Source of the DNA: Nitrosopumilus sp.
GTDB taxonomy: Archaea; Thermoproteota; Nitrososphaeria; Nitrososphaerales; Nitrosopumilaceae
Direction of reading: 5' to 3'
Length of the DNA: 64,000 nt
NCBI GenBank assembly: GCA_965207075.1
Contig: CBDBLO010000002.1
Span: 928,001 to 992,000 of the forward strand
Positions 8,391-17,840 of this stretch are shown piece after piece. The notes under the pieces were generated by a model. It saw nothing but the letters and a program-made list of their open reading frames with translations. It did not search any database and had not been told where the DNA came from. A program made the translations under genes and the position numbers. The first letter of the stretch is position 1. Each line of letters starts with the position of its first letter.

Positions 8391-9326
8391 TTACTTTTGC
8401 TCGAATATCTTGATTGCCTGCGGCGGGCATACGCCCTCGCATGCAAGGCAGAATATGCAGTCCGGCTCCTTTGACATCAGGGGCTTTTTCTCCGATGCCG
8501 GGTTTCCCGGCGTGTCGAACCACTCGTACACGCTTACGGGGCAGGCCTCTATGCACCCGCCGTCCGCGACGCATATGTCATAGTCTACCGACACAAACTC
8601 GCCCCAGACACCCATTATGGCGTTGCTGGCGCCCTTGCGTCCCCACGTCTTTATGGTGTGCTCCGGTGCCTGGTATGACGAGGACTGCTTCATCTTTGAC
8701 TTGTAGTCCACGTCTATGGGCCCCGGCTTTGCCCCGTCGGGAACCTCCATCACGTCGTCTCCGTCCTCCTCCTCGGCGTCCTCGGAGGCCTCGACGGGCT
8801 TTGGCTTTGCGCCCATGACTATCTTGGCCAGGGGCGTCAACTCTTCGAGCTTTTGGATTGCCATGACCTCTGATATCTTCTCGGCCTTTGCATAGTGCGA
8901 CACGAGCTTGTCGGCCAGGATCGTGTTGCGCAGTATCGTGTCTATTATCATCTTTGCAAAGTGATCCGCCTTCTTCCTATAGTCTGCCACCCAGTTCTGG
9001 TCGCCGTACCTCTCGATTGGAAATATCTGGTATATTATGTCCACCACCTCTCCCGTTACAATCTCCACCGTAACGGACAGCTCGGCCTCCTCCGCGTTGT
9101 CCGGGCTGCTCTCCTTCCAGCGGTACGTGGCAAATATCCTGTCCGCGTACATGTCCATCTCAAAGGCCTTTTTGAGCCCCTCGTACACCGACCATATCTC
9201 GCCGGGCTCCTCGAGCTTGACTGGGATCCTGTAGAGCCCGAGCTTGAAGCCGTGCAGCGGGTACACGCCGCGCTTTGCAGTGGGGGCCTCCATGGACCAT
9301 ACTCTGTCCTTGAGAAGTTGCGACAT
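8391..9326 (-). CDS. Dicluster ferredoxin (Zfx-like C-terminus) with long N-terminal domain
   Basis: CVADGGCIEACP and CIFCLACEGVCP motifs. TTTAAA TATA at about 9357-9362 favours ATG 9326 over 9350. Confidence 0.88.
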   Translation of the reverse strand: MSQLLKDRVWSMEAPTAKRGVYPLHGFKLGLYRIPVKLEEPGEIWSVYEGLKKAFEMDMYADRIFATYRWKESSPDNAEEAELSVTVEIVTGEVVDIIYQIFPIERYGDQNWVADYRKKADHFAKMIIDTILRNTILADKLVSHYAKAEKISEVMAIQKLEELTPLAKIVMGAKPKPVEASEDAEEEDGDDVMEVPDGAKPGPIDVDYKSKMKQSSSYQAPEHTIKTWGRKGASNAIMGVWGEFVSVDYDICVADGGCIEACPVSVYEWFDTPGNPASEKKPLMSKEPDCIFCLACEGVCPPQAIKIFEQK

Positions 9327-9498
9327 TAGATCTACATGTAACTCGGACATTTTTCTTTAAAAATCTTGCCAATGGCGGCCTGTTTTCCTGATTGCGCCCG
9401 AAGCGCCCGCGCGGAATGGCAGATCAAGACCCCTAGCAGCGTGTCGTTCGTGCCGCCGCCGGGAATTCGGCAGGCGTGCAGATCTCATCGGGAGAGTT

Positions 9499-9846
9499 CT
9501 AGTCGTCCGGGCAGGTGAGCTCCCTGAGCTCCGTATACCGCTTCTCGATGGAGTCGGCGTGGCCGGTCACATCGGAGATGTCGTGCGCGTCCTTGGTGTA
9601 ATACCACCTGATGGGCACTTTGTGCCCGACGCCGTCCATGCCGTATATGACACCCATGTCTGCCTCTATGCCTGTCTTCTCGTCGACTGACCTCTCCTTG
9701 GGTTCGAGGCCCCTCTTTGTGCGGTCAAGCAGCACGTATGCGCTGCCGTCGTCGGTGATCGTATAGAATGATCCTGTTCTGAGCGTCCGTTCGTCGTGGC
9801 TGTGGTGGTCTTGCTTGCCACTGTCACTGCCGTCATCGGTCGCCAT
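9499..9846 (-). CDS. Hypothetical protein
   Basis: Clean 115-aa ORF co-oriented 13 nt downstream of the sulfurtransferase. Confidence 0.75.
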   Translation of the reverse strand: MATDDGSDSGKQDHHSHDERTLRTGSFYTITDDGSAYVLLDRTKRGLEPKERSVDEKTGIEADMGVIYGMDGVGHKVPIRWYYTKDAHDISDVTGHADSIEKRYTELRELTCPDD

Positions 9847-9859
9847 TGCGCCGCCCGTG

Positions 9860-10711
9860 TTACTTTTCGACGGGGTTTCCGATCATGTTGCCCCACTCGG
9901 TCCACGATCCGTCGTAGTTGCGCACCCTCGGATAGCCTAGCAGGTACTTTAGGACGAACCAGCTGTGCGACGACCTCTCGCCGATCCTGCAGTAGCATAT
10001 GACGTCCTTGTCGGGAGTCACCCCCTTGGGCTCGTAGTTGGCCCTCAGCTCGTCCGCGCTCTTGAAGGTCCCGTCCTCGTCGTTTACGGCGGTGAGCCAG
10101 GGTATGCTGTTTGCGCCAGGTATGTGCCCCCCGCGCTGCGCGTTCTCTGTCGGATATTCCGGCGGTGCGGTGATCTGTCCTGAAAATTCCGCCGGGGATC
10201 TGACGTCGACCATTACCGTATCGTCCCTGTCCAAGGCCCTGCGCGCGTCGGCAAGGTAGGCCCTGAGCCCCTCGTCAGGCGGCTGCGCCGTGTACGCTGT
10301 GGCCGGTACCTCGGGCTCCGCGTCGGTGGTGTACGCCCGGCCCTCGAGCTCCCACTTTTTCCGCCCGCCGTTCATGATCCTTACGTTTTCGTGTCCGTAA
10401 TACTTGAAGATCCAAAACACGAACGCCGCAAACCAGTTGTTAAAGTCCCCGTACAGTATGACCTCGGAATCCGCCGTTATGCCGTTTCTTGACATTAGCG
10501 ACTCGAATGCCTTTTTGCCTATGATGTCGCGCGTGACGGGGTCGTTGATATCGCGCTTCCACCATATCAGGGTGGCACCTCTTATGTGCCCCTTTTCATA
10601 CGCGTTGGTCGGGTCGTAGTCAACCTCCACAAGCCTCCGATTATCGCCAGGCTGGTTATCCTGCACCCACTGCGTGTCGACCAGAACCTCGGGGCGTGCG
10701 TAACCTCCCAT
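9860..10711 (-). CDS. Tandem-domain rhodanese sulfurtransferase (CysA/SseA-like)
   Basis: GHIRGA, DVRSPAEF, GHIPGA, active-site YCRIGERS and YDGSWTEW. Confidence 0.95.
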   Translation of the reverse strand: MGGYARPEVLVDTQWVQDNQPGDNRRLVEVDYDPTNAYEKGHIRGATLIWWKRDINDPVTRDIIGKKAFESLMSRNGITADSEVILYGDFNNWFAAFVFWIFKYYGHENVRIMNGGRKKWELEGRAYTTDAEPEVPATAYTAQPPDEGLRAYLADARRALDRDDTVMVDVRSPAEFSGQITAPPEYPTENAQRGGHIPGANSIPWLTAVNDEDGTFKSADELRANYEPKGVTPDKDVICYCRIGERSSHSWFVLKYLLGYPRVRNYDGSWTEWGNMIGNPVEK

Positions 10712-10946
10712 GCCGCCCTTCCCATGCCGTCGTTATTTAGTGGTTTGTATGCGCAATCTTGGTTCTCTGGAGCCCTTGTGCGCACCCTTCTCCCCTCCCC
10801 CTCCCCCTCCCCCTCCCCCCCTCCACCACCACCCCGCCACTACCGCCTGTTTGGGGTCGCCGCTCCTGACCACCTCGACTGTCCTCTTTCTCTGGACAGT
10901 CGATGGTGTATCGCGATTGTCGGTGCCCGCGGAAAAGCGCAGCCCC

Positions 10947-11038
10947 GGCTCGCCGCACGCCTGTGATCCGGGGCTCGCCGCACGCCTGTGATCCGGGGCT
11001 CGCCGCACGCCTGTGATCCGGGGCTCGCCGCACGCCTG
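10947..11038. repeat. 25-bp intergenic tandem repeat, about 3.7 copies
   Basis: GGGGCTCGCCGCACGCCTGTGATCC head-to-tail with no spacers. Confidence 0.95.
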
Positions 11039-11117
11039 ATCCTGCGGTGACCTACCCCCTGTACTCTGCATTCGGGACTCGCTGCAAAAACGATTTAAGA
11101 CGATCGTGCCGTATGAG

Positions 11118-11939
11118 ATGCAGTTGAATCTTAGGCGCGTCGCGATTGTAAGCAAGGTGGGATCAAGGGAGTCCGAGGAGGCTGCCGTCAGAGTGGCCCG
11201 AATGTTCCTGGCCGGGGGTTCCATGGTGTATACCATATCGCCCGTTGGCATGGATGGGGCGCAGCGCGTTGAGGCGCTGGAGGACCTGCAGAACGTGCGC
11301 CTTGACCTCGTGGTGACGCTAGGCGGGGACGGAACCACACTGCGGGCGTTCCGGAGTCTCGAGAACAATACCCCCATACTGACGGTAAACGTGGGCGGCA
11401 ACCGCGGCATACTGGCCGAGATCACCATGGACGACGTTGAGGGCGCGATAGACCAGATCCGGAAGGGCAAGTTCTTTCTTGACAGGCGCACCCGCCTCGT
11501 CGCATCGGTGGGCGGCCGCGACCTTCCACCCGCCCTCAACGAGGTGTACATCAGCCGATCCAACATGACTAAAACCTCGGAGATAGAGATCCAGTTCCGT
11601 AATGACACGGTGCGGCAGAAGATGGACGGGCTCATCGTGGCCACCCCGAGCGGCTCGACGGGGCACTCGTTCTCCCTTGGCGGCCCCATACTGCACGAGA
11701 GCCTTGACGTGCTGATACTGACGCCCGTGGCGCCGGTGTACAGGCTCGCATCGCTTGTGGTGCCCGACCAGAAGGTGGCGGTGATATCATCGCACGACTG
11801 CAAGGTGGTGGTGGATGCACAGGTGATACAGGACGTCGGATACGGCGAGGTCATCACCATACGCCGGCACAAGAAACCAGCCGTCTTCATACGGCTTAAG
11901 AAGCGCGGCCTGAGGCAGATGAGCAAGCTTGGATTTTAG
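11118..11939 (+). CDS. nadK: NAD(+) kinase
   Basis: GGDGT, ALNE and DGLIVATPSGSTGHSFSLGGP motifs. Confidence 0.95.
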   Translation: MQLNLRRVAIVSKVGSRESEEAAVRVARMFLAGGSMVYTISPVGMDGAQRVEALEDLQNVRLDLVVTLGGDGTTLRAFRSLENNTPILTVNVGGNRGILAEITMDDVEGAIDQIRKGKFFLDRRTRLVASVGGRDLPPALNEVYISRSNMTKTSEIEIQFRNDTVRQKMDGLIVATPSGSTGHSFSLGGPILHESLDVLILTPVAPVYRLASLVVPDQKVAVISSHDCKVVVDAQVIQDVGYGEVITIRRHKKPAVFIRLKKRGLRQMSKLGF

Positions 11940-12549
11940 GCGGCCTGTCGTACTTGACGCAAGCGCGTTTTATGCCGGCGTGCCGTTTGCGGGGTGGGAC
12001 TCCGCGCCCGGCGCGTCGTACGTGACGACGCCGGACGTATACGACGAGGTGTCCCACATCAAGAGCGGTCACGGCGCGCTGGACGTACTGATTGCGTCGG
12101 GCCGCCTGTCGCTTGAAAAGCCCGCCCCTGCGAGCATGGACGAGGCGCGCCGCGCCGCCGAGGCGACCGGTGACATGCCGAACCTATCGGGGCCCGACGT
12201 CTCGGCCATAGCGCTTTGCATGCAGGCCGGCCTCGGGATCGTGACAGACGACTATGCCGTGTCAAACGTGATGCGCTCGCTAAACCTCGGTGTTACGCCC
12301 GTGATGACGCGGGGAATATCGGCCGTGATGAGATGGCTGTACTACTGTCCCGGGTGCTCGTACGGGGGGACGGGCGACGAGGTTCGTGCCGGTGGCGCCG
12401 GTGGCCGCGGCGGCATCCGCAGCAGACGTGCCAAGGGCGTCGGCGCGGCCCCTTCGGACGGCAACGGCTCCAAACGGGGGAGGATCGAATGCCCGTCATG
12501 CGGAACCGCGCTCAAGAGGCGGGCGCTCAAGAGGGGCGAGGCAAAGTGA
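11929..12549 (+). CDS. nob1: NOB1 family PIN endonuclease with Zn ribbon
   Basis: VVLDASAF, LSGPD and VTDDYAVSN PIN motifs; CPGC...CPSCG ribbon. Confidence 0.88.
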   Translation: MDFRRPVVLDASAFYAGVPFAGWDSAPGASYVTTPDVYDEVSHIKSGHGALDVLIASGRLSLEKPAPASMDEARRAAEATGDMPNLSGPDVSAIALCMQAGLGIVTDDYAVSNVMRSLNLGVTPVMTRGISAVMRWLYYCPGCSYGGTGDEVRAGGAGGRGGIRSRRAKGVGAAPSDGNGSKRGRIECPSCGTALKRRALKRGEAK

Positions 12550-12600
12550 CGGCTGCCGCCGCCTCGTGCGTTGCGCCACTGCAAGCGCGTCCTTTTTTGG

Positions 12601-13305
12601 TCATTTCGGGCCGGGATCCTCCAGCCTGGTCTGCCCGCCGCCTGCCCGCCCGGCCTTTTTGCCTGCCGTGTCGGCGTTGAGCGCGTTTCTGATGCGCTCG
12701 GCCCTTGACTCTCCCATGCCCTCCACCTTTAGCAGTTCTGACTTTGTCGCTGAGAGTGCTCCCATGGGGGTGCCGAACTTTTCGAGCATGCGGGTGGCAA
12801 ACGTCTCGCCCACGCCCGGCAGGCTGCACAGTATGGAAAGCTGCTGCCGCTGCACGTCCTCGGACTTTCTTATCTTTTTGATGTACGGCCCGCCCACGCC
12901 GTTCCTTTTTTTTGCTGCCATCGCAATCAGCAGCTTTGCGGTGTGTACCGCGCTTGGGGTGGGCATGACGGGTATGCCAAACTCCATCACCGCGGTGGAC
13001 ACCGCGCCGTAAAAGATCATGGGGTTTTCCGTAATCTCCTCCAGCTCGTCGAGGTTCCCCTCGACAAGTATGGCGGGGCGCTCAAAATGCTCCCTGAGCT
13101 TGGAGCATTGCTCAAACAGCCTCCCGTCAAATATCGACGAGACCAGATCGCGCACCGACTTCCTCTCTATGACCGTCTCGGGAGCGACAATGTAGTCACC
13201 AACGGGAAGCGTCTTTATCTCCAGGTTGATTCCTATCTCCTTGAGAAGCTGCGGTATTCCGCTCTTGCGCTCCCTGTCGTCTGCCACAATTCGTATAAAG
13301 TCCAC
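12601..13305 (-). CDS. xpf: XPF/ERCC4 structure-specific endonuclease
   Basis: GDY-x7-IERKS nuclease motif; HhH pair LPGVG and VEGMG. Confidence 0.92.
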   Translation of the reverse strand: MDFIRIVADDRERKSGIPQLLKEIGINLEIKTLPVGDYIVAPETVIERKSVRDLVSSIFDGRLFEQCSKLREHFERPAILVEGNLDELEEITENPMIFYGAVSTAVMEFGIPVMPTPSAVHTAKLLIAMAAKKRNGVGGPYIKKIRKSEDVQRQQLSILCSLPGVGETFATRMLEKFGTPMGALSATKSELLKVEGMGESRAERIRNALNADTAGKKAGRAGGGQTRLEDPGPK

Positions 13306-13400
13306 AGCTATGTGACACTGCGCGAGGCGTTGTTATATGCTTTTGAGGCCTGGCGGCGGGCACGTCGTGTTGTCTGTTCAGGGGTTGCCCCAAGCGGGGG

Positions 13401-13853
13401 TTATGACGGCGGCGTTGTTGTTGATGATGATGGTGATGATGATGGTGATGATGGCGGCGGCGGTGACGACTGCGCCATGCCGCGCCTCATCGCCTCTGTA
13501 ATCTTGGCCTCTTGCTCCTTGAGCGACTCTAACAGTCTTGACTCTTGCTTGCCCGTGACTGCAGAGCGCGTGTTTGCAAGCTCTTGCCTCTCTTCCAGCT
13601 CGGACAGCATGTTGGCCCTCGTGGTCCTGATAAGCACGCTTCCCGCAAACTTGTACACCGTCTCGTCGTCGCTTGCCTTTTTCAGCTCGTCCAATGTGCG
13701 CGAGACGTTGACCTTTTCGGACTCTAGCTGCTGCTTTTGCATGGATATCATTTGGAGCTCCTGTTGCGTCTTTTGGAACTTTGCCACCTGCTCTTGCAGC
13801 CATGGAGGTATCTGCGGCGGAGCCCCGCCCCCTGACGCACCCATGCCTGACAT
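13401..13853 (-). CDS. pfdB: Prefoldin beta subunit
   Basis: Coiled coils around the VYKFAGSVLI hairpin; Ser/Pro tail. Confidence 0.93.
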   Translation of the reverse strand: MSGMGASGGGAPPQIPPWLQEQVAKFQKTQQELQMISMQKQQLESEKVNVSRTLDELKKASDDETVYKFAGSVLIRTTRANMLSELEERQELANTRSAVTGKQESRLLESLKEQEAKITEAMRRGMAQSSPPPPSSPSSSPSSSTTTPPS

Positions 13854-14035
13854 GGGGCCTCTCTCCCGCGTTGCGTTATATCTTTACCGATTGGGCCGAC
13901 GTTCTGCGCCACATCCCTCCGCCGCACTTCTTGCTCGGTGCCGGTACGCGCAGCCGGCGGCATGATGCAAGCACGGAGAACCACCTCGGGCTCATCCGGG
14001 GAGTGGGGGGGGGGGGGAAGAGGGGGAGGAGGAGG

Positions 14036-14425
14036 CTACCTGGCCGGCCCCGACGAGGCCGTTATGGACGCGTGGCATGCCTGGATGAGCCTGAGTGTGG
14101 AGTTCAGGTTTGCGCGCAGGTGGGCAAGGTTGTCTGCCTCTGACGTTATCACGAGTCTGCCGTCTTCGGCCATTGTAATTGACGTGCTTACGGGGTTCTC
14201 GGGGTAAAACGACTCGTCAGTGCTGATCGACTCGTATATGGCCGGTATGATTCCGGAGCCGCCGCGCCCCCGCCGCGCCCCCGATGACGTAGGCGCCGGT
14301 TCCGCCTTTTTGCGCCGCTGCCGCCGCCCCTGCACTTGCGTACGTGATTCTGTATGCGCATCGAGTGCCGCCACAGTCGCGTGCAAGCCCTCGTCTACCG
14401 TCGTGGTGGCTCTATACCTTGACAT
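14036..14425 (-). CDS. pcc1: KEOPS complex subunit Pcc1
   Basis: ITSEADNLAHLRANLNSTLRLI; usual position after rpl37ae. Confidence 0.82.
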   Translation of the reverse strand: MSRYRATTTVDEGLHATVAALDAHTESRTQVQGRRQRRKKAEPAPTSSGARRGRGGSGIIPAIYESISTDESFYPENPVSTSITMAEDGRLVITSEADNLAHLRANLNSTLRLIQACHASITASSGPAR

Positions 14426-14624
14426 CGTACGCCGTTCCAGCTATCTTAAAGCCGCACTTTTTGCACGACCATATGCCGACTGCGTCCCTGCCGAACGTCC
14501 CGGATCCGCACTCCGGACACGATCTCTTCTGCTTTAGCTGAAAGTGAACCTTCGTGTACTGCTTGCGTATCTTTATGCCGTACCTTGCGCCAAGCCCCTT
14601 TAGGGACTTTTTCTTCTTTGCCAT
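14412..14624 (-). CDS. rpl37ae: 50S ribosomal protein L37Ae (eL43)
   Basis: GARYG..IRK, CPECG, GIWSCKKCG, AGTAY. Confidence 0.95.
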   Translation of the reverse strand: MAKKKKSLKGLGARYGIKIRKQYTKVHFQLKQKRSCPECGSGTFGRDAVGIWSCKKCGFKIAGTAYDVKV

Positions 14625-14636
14625 CTGATCGCCCAC

Positions 14637-15464
14637 CTATTGTTCTGCGTCTGAACCGGCCGATATGCCGTCAAACTTTTTCCTAATCTCGGCGCCAATC
14701 CTTGCGGAGGTCTTGCCGCACTCCTTTATCTGCTCCAGGGTGAACCCGTCATGGCCGCCCTTTTGCATGGCGCAGATGTTGCCGTCCGAGTTCGTGGTTA
14801 TTGTAACACGCGCATCCTTGCACTGCCACTCGTCGGCGTTGGGATCCACCAGTATGTGCTGGCCTATCCTCACCATCGTAACGGATACGGGTATCGTGCC
14901 GACCGGAAGATCCGCCTCGGAGCCCTCCACGAGCGCGGGCGCATCGTCTTTGAACTCCCACTTTGGGCTCTTGGTGGACAGCAGCGCGGCAGTGGCAGCA
15001 AACGAGCATGCGTCAAAGAGGTTCCCGTCGTAGTCGACCACCACGTTGTCTGCAAACACCCCCACGACCGACTTGTTCTCCTTTATTACAAGCTGGCTTA
15101 CGTCTATCATGTGGCTCTCGCGTATGCCGCGGTCGACCACCCTTGCAAGCTCTATCACGTGGGGCCCCGGCGGACCGGTCTCCACCGAGGGGTGCGACAG
15201 CGGAAGCATCTCGGCCGTGCATATGAATACGCCCTTGTCCCCGGAGTCCGGAAACGGCCTGTCCGGCTGTATCTTTACGCCGCAGACAACCTCTGTGTCC
15301 CCTATCCTGACCCGCGCGGAGCCGTTGGCCTTTGGAATCGCGCCGGTCTCAATTGAGATCTCCCTGAACTCGTCAAAGGCCCTGCCGTCAAGCCGCTTGC
15401 CCTGCTCTAAGAGCTCCTCGATCCTTGCCTTTTTCAGTGAGTCTATTATTGCCGCCTCTGCCAT
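14637..15464 (-). CDS. rrp42: Exosome core subunit Rrp42
   Basis: RLDGR, ELARVVDRGIRES and DYDGNLFDA; RNase PH fold. Confidence 0.96.
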   Translation of the reverse strand: MAEAAIIDSLKKARIEELLEQGKRLDGRAFDEFREISIETGAIPKANGSARVRIGDTEVVCGVKIQPDRPFPDSGDKGVFICTAEMLPLSHPSVETGPPGPHVIELARVVDRGIRESHMIDVSQLVIKENKSVVGVFADNVVVDYDGNLFDACSFAATAALLSTKSPKWEFKDDAPALVEGSEADLPVGTIPVSVTMVRIGQHILVDPNADEWQCKDARVTITTNSDGNICAMQKGGHDGFTLEQIKECGKTSARIGAEIRKKFDGISAGSDAEQ

Positions 15465-15476
15465 TTCAGTCTCCTC

Positions 15477-16241
15477 CTACCTCTTCTGGCCCCTGCCGCT
15501 ACCGCCTCTGCCATTCTCATTGCTAAAGTATTTCTCGCTCAGCGCCTTTTTCTGGAGCTCGTACACCTGCATGCACCCCTTTATGCCGATCTCGACGCAC
15601 TTTTCGTATTCCTCGGGGGTCAGTACCCCGTCAAGCTGTAGCAGCGTGATCTTCTCGAGGCTGGGCATGTATCCCATCGGCATGTCGGCCTGGCCTGCCT
15701 GGTCCTCCTCGTTGTTCACGTCAAGGATGACCGTGTCTGCCACCTTGCCGGCCGCGCAGGCCGCCACCATGTCCCTCATTGGGATTCCGGCGTCTGCCAG
15801 TGCGACTGATGCGGCCGAGAGCGCCGCGCACCTGGTGCCTCCATCCGCCTGCAGCACCTCTATGAACACGTCGACCACGGTCCTGGGGAACATCTCGAGC
15901 ATTACGGCCGGCTCGAGCGCCTCCTTGATCACCTTTGATATCTCAATCTCTCTCCTCGACGGGGCGGGGTTCTTCCTCTCGCCCACAGAGAACGGCTCCA
16001 TGTGGTACCTGACGCGCAGTATTCCGGTGTCCGTATCTGACATGTGCTTTGGGTGCACGTCCCTGGGGCCGAACACGCCTGCCACTATCTTGTTGTCGCC
16101 AAACTCGATGTATGCAGAGCCGTCGGCGTTCTTGAGGCCGCCCGCCTTTATCATGACGCGGCGCGTCTCGTCCACCTTGCGGCCGTCGCACCTGATGCCG
16201 TTCTCGTCAAGCAGCACCATGGTGGCCTCTCGTCCGCCCAT
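15477..16241 (-). CDS. rrp41: Exosome core subunit Rrp41
   Basis: ADGSAY, SRREIEISKVI, LQADGGTR and EEDQAGQADMP. Confidence 0.96.
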   Translation of the reverse strand: MGGREATMVLLDENGIRCDGRKVDETRRVMIKAGGLKNADGSAYIEFGDNKIVAGVFGPRDVHPKHMSDTDTGILRVRYHMEPFSVGERKNPAPSRREIEISKVIKEALEPAVMLEMFPRTVVDVFIEVLQADGGTRCAALSAASVALADAGIPMRDMVAACAAGKVADTVILDVNNEEDQAGQADMPMGYMPSLEKITLLQLDGVLTPEEYEKCVEIGIKGCMQVYELQKKALSEKYFSNENGRGGSGRGQKR

Positions 16242-16966
16242 TACTCCTTGTCATCCTCCCTGCGTTCAGTAGTAGTCTCGCGCGGCGCGTTGTTGCCCGA
16301 CTCTAGCATCTCCCTCACTTTTTCAGTCAGGTTTGTAGAGTGCGCCATGCTGTTTACCATTTCAATCGCCTTCTTTGCCTTTAATAATCCCTCTGCATCG
16401 TCGCACGCGACCACGACCCGTCCGTTCTGGCCTATGGTAATTATGGAGTCCGTGGCAGTCTCTATCGTCTGTATCATGGTGCCGCGCTTTCCAATCAGCC
16501 TGGGCACCCTGCCGGGCGCTATCTCTACGAGCTCGCCGGAGTCGATCTTGCCCAGGTCCCTGTCTGATATGGTCACAAGCGGGTCGCGCGTGCGGTCAAA
16601 GTTTGCAATCCTGGCCGCCACCAGGTCGCCGGTCTTCAGCTTTGTTGCAAGCTCGTCGGCGTGCGCCGAAAAGTCCCGCCCGAACACGTCGGTTGCCGGC
16701 AGAAATCCCACGTAGCACGAGTTGATGTCAAGCTCCCACGAAAGCGAGGTGTGCGTTATGACCTTGCCCACCACCAGGTCGTTTATCTTTGGAATGTACT
16801 TGCCCGCAAGCGGAATCACCTTTACCGTGTTGTCGTATATCTCCGAGACCCCCACCGCGGTGGACACTATCTTCTTATCGCCCACAAGAGTCACGTTCTG
16901 CTCGGGACGGTATGGCCCCGAGGTTATCGTGTCGCCTGGTATGACGTACCTTCTCCGCACATCCAC
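16241..16966 (-). CDS. rrp4: Exosome RNA-binding subunit Rrp4
   Basis: VIPGD, YIPKINDLVVG (S1), VPRLIGKRG (KH). GTG 16966 overlaps the SBDS stop. Confidence 0.95.
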   Translation of the reverse strand: MDVRRRYVIPGDTITSGPYRPEQNVTLVGDKKIVSTAVGVSEIYDNTVKVIPLAGKYIPKINDLVVGKVITHTSLSWELDINSCYVGFLPATDVFGRDFSAHADELATKLKTGDLVAARIANFDRTRDPLVTISDRDLGKIDSGELVEIAPGRVPRLIGKRGTMIQTIETATDSIITIGQNGRVVVACDDAEGLLKAKKAIEMVNSMAHSTNLTEKVREMLESGNNAPRETTTERREDDKE

Positions 16967-17652
16967 TACTTTGCCACCTCTACGCCGGCGGAACCGCGGG
17001 TTATCGAACCCAGCCTGTCTATCACGGCGGGCCTGTCCCCCGCTGGTATTTCTAGTATTGCTTTTAGCGAGCCGTCGTTCTGCCACTGCTCGTCCCTCAG
17101 CGTGCCGACGGACTTTAGCACGGCGTACGACTTGGAGGCGTACTGGGCCGGTATGGTAACCTGAAGCTCTGCATTCTCGGACTTTAGCGGTATTATGGAG
17201 CGCAGCTTCTCCACCATCTCCTTGGCCTGCGGCTCGGCCCCCCTCTGCGGGTCGACTGACACCCTGGCGTCCTTCATGGCCTGCTCTATGCGGAGCGGCG
17301 GATGCGGCAGGTGCGTCCGGGGGTCGACGTAGGTCTTTGCAATGAACTCTATGATCTGCCTCCGCTTCTCGTCTGTCATCTTGCGCCTCTGCTCTGTGGT
17401 GAGGTTGAGATCTCCGTTTTGCAGTATGATTCTAGACGCCTCTGCCGGATCGCTGGTGCCGAACGCTTTTTGCAGCTTTTCGGCCGACGGCTTTGTGCCC
17501 TTGCCCGAGTCCGTGTACACGTCGTCGGATATCATTACGGAGCTATGGTTGGTACGCCTTCCCAGCTTGTACTCCAGGGCCGCGTCCGGCTTTACCAGTA
17601 TCTCGAATTTGTCCCCTTCGTGCGAGTAGCGCACTATGGTCATCTCGGCCAT
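16966..17652 (-). CDS. Ribosome maturation factor SBDS
   Basis: FEILV, AFGT, LTTEQRR and PHPPLRIEQAM. Confidence 0.95.
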   Translation of the reverse strand: MAEMTIVRYSHEGDKFEILVKPDAALEYKLGRRTNHSSVMISDDVYTDSGKGTKPSAEKLQKAFGTSDPAEASRIILQNGDLNLTTEQRRKMTDEKRRQIIEFIAKTYVDPRTHLPHPPLRIEQAMKDARVSVDPQRGAEPQAKEMVEKLRSIIPLKSENAELQVTIPAQYASKSYAVLKSVGTLRDEQWQNDGSLKAILEIPAGDRPAVIDRLGSITRGSAGVEVAK

Positions 17653-17840
17653 TGCAGTTCTGTGCGCGGCGCCATTTATCTACTGTGCGGTCGCGCCGGC
17701 GCCGGTTCCCGCTACGCGCCGGCACCGCATGCCGGTTCAAAGAACGGTCTGGGGTGGCGCGTTTTGTCACTGCTGGCGCCCCTGTACCGCCCCCGGCCCC
17801 GGTATGTTAATTATTTATGGTGTGAACCGCGACATGCATC

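Noticed and set aside
10947-11038. CRISPR array
   Set aside because: Units are contiguous with no spacers, and there are no cas genes in the window.
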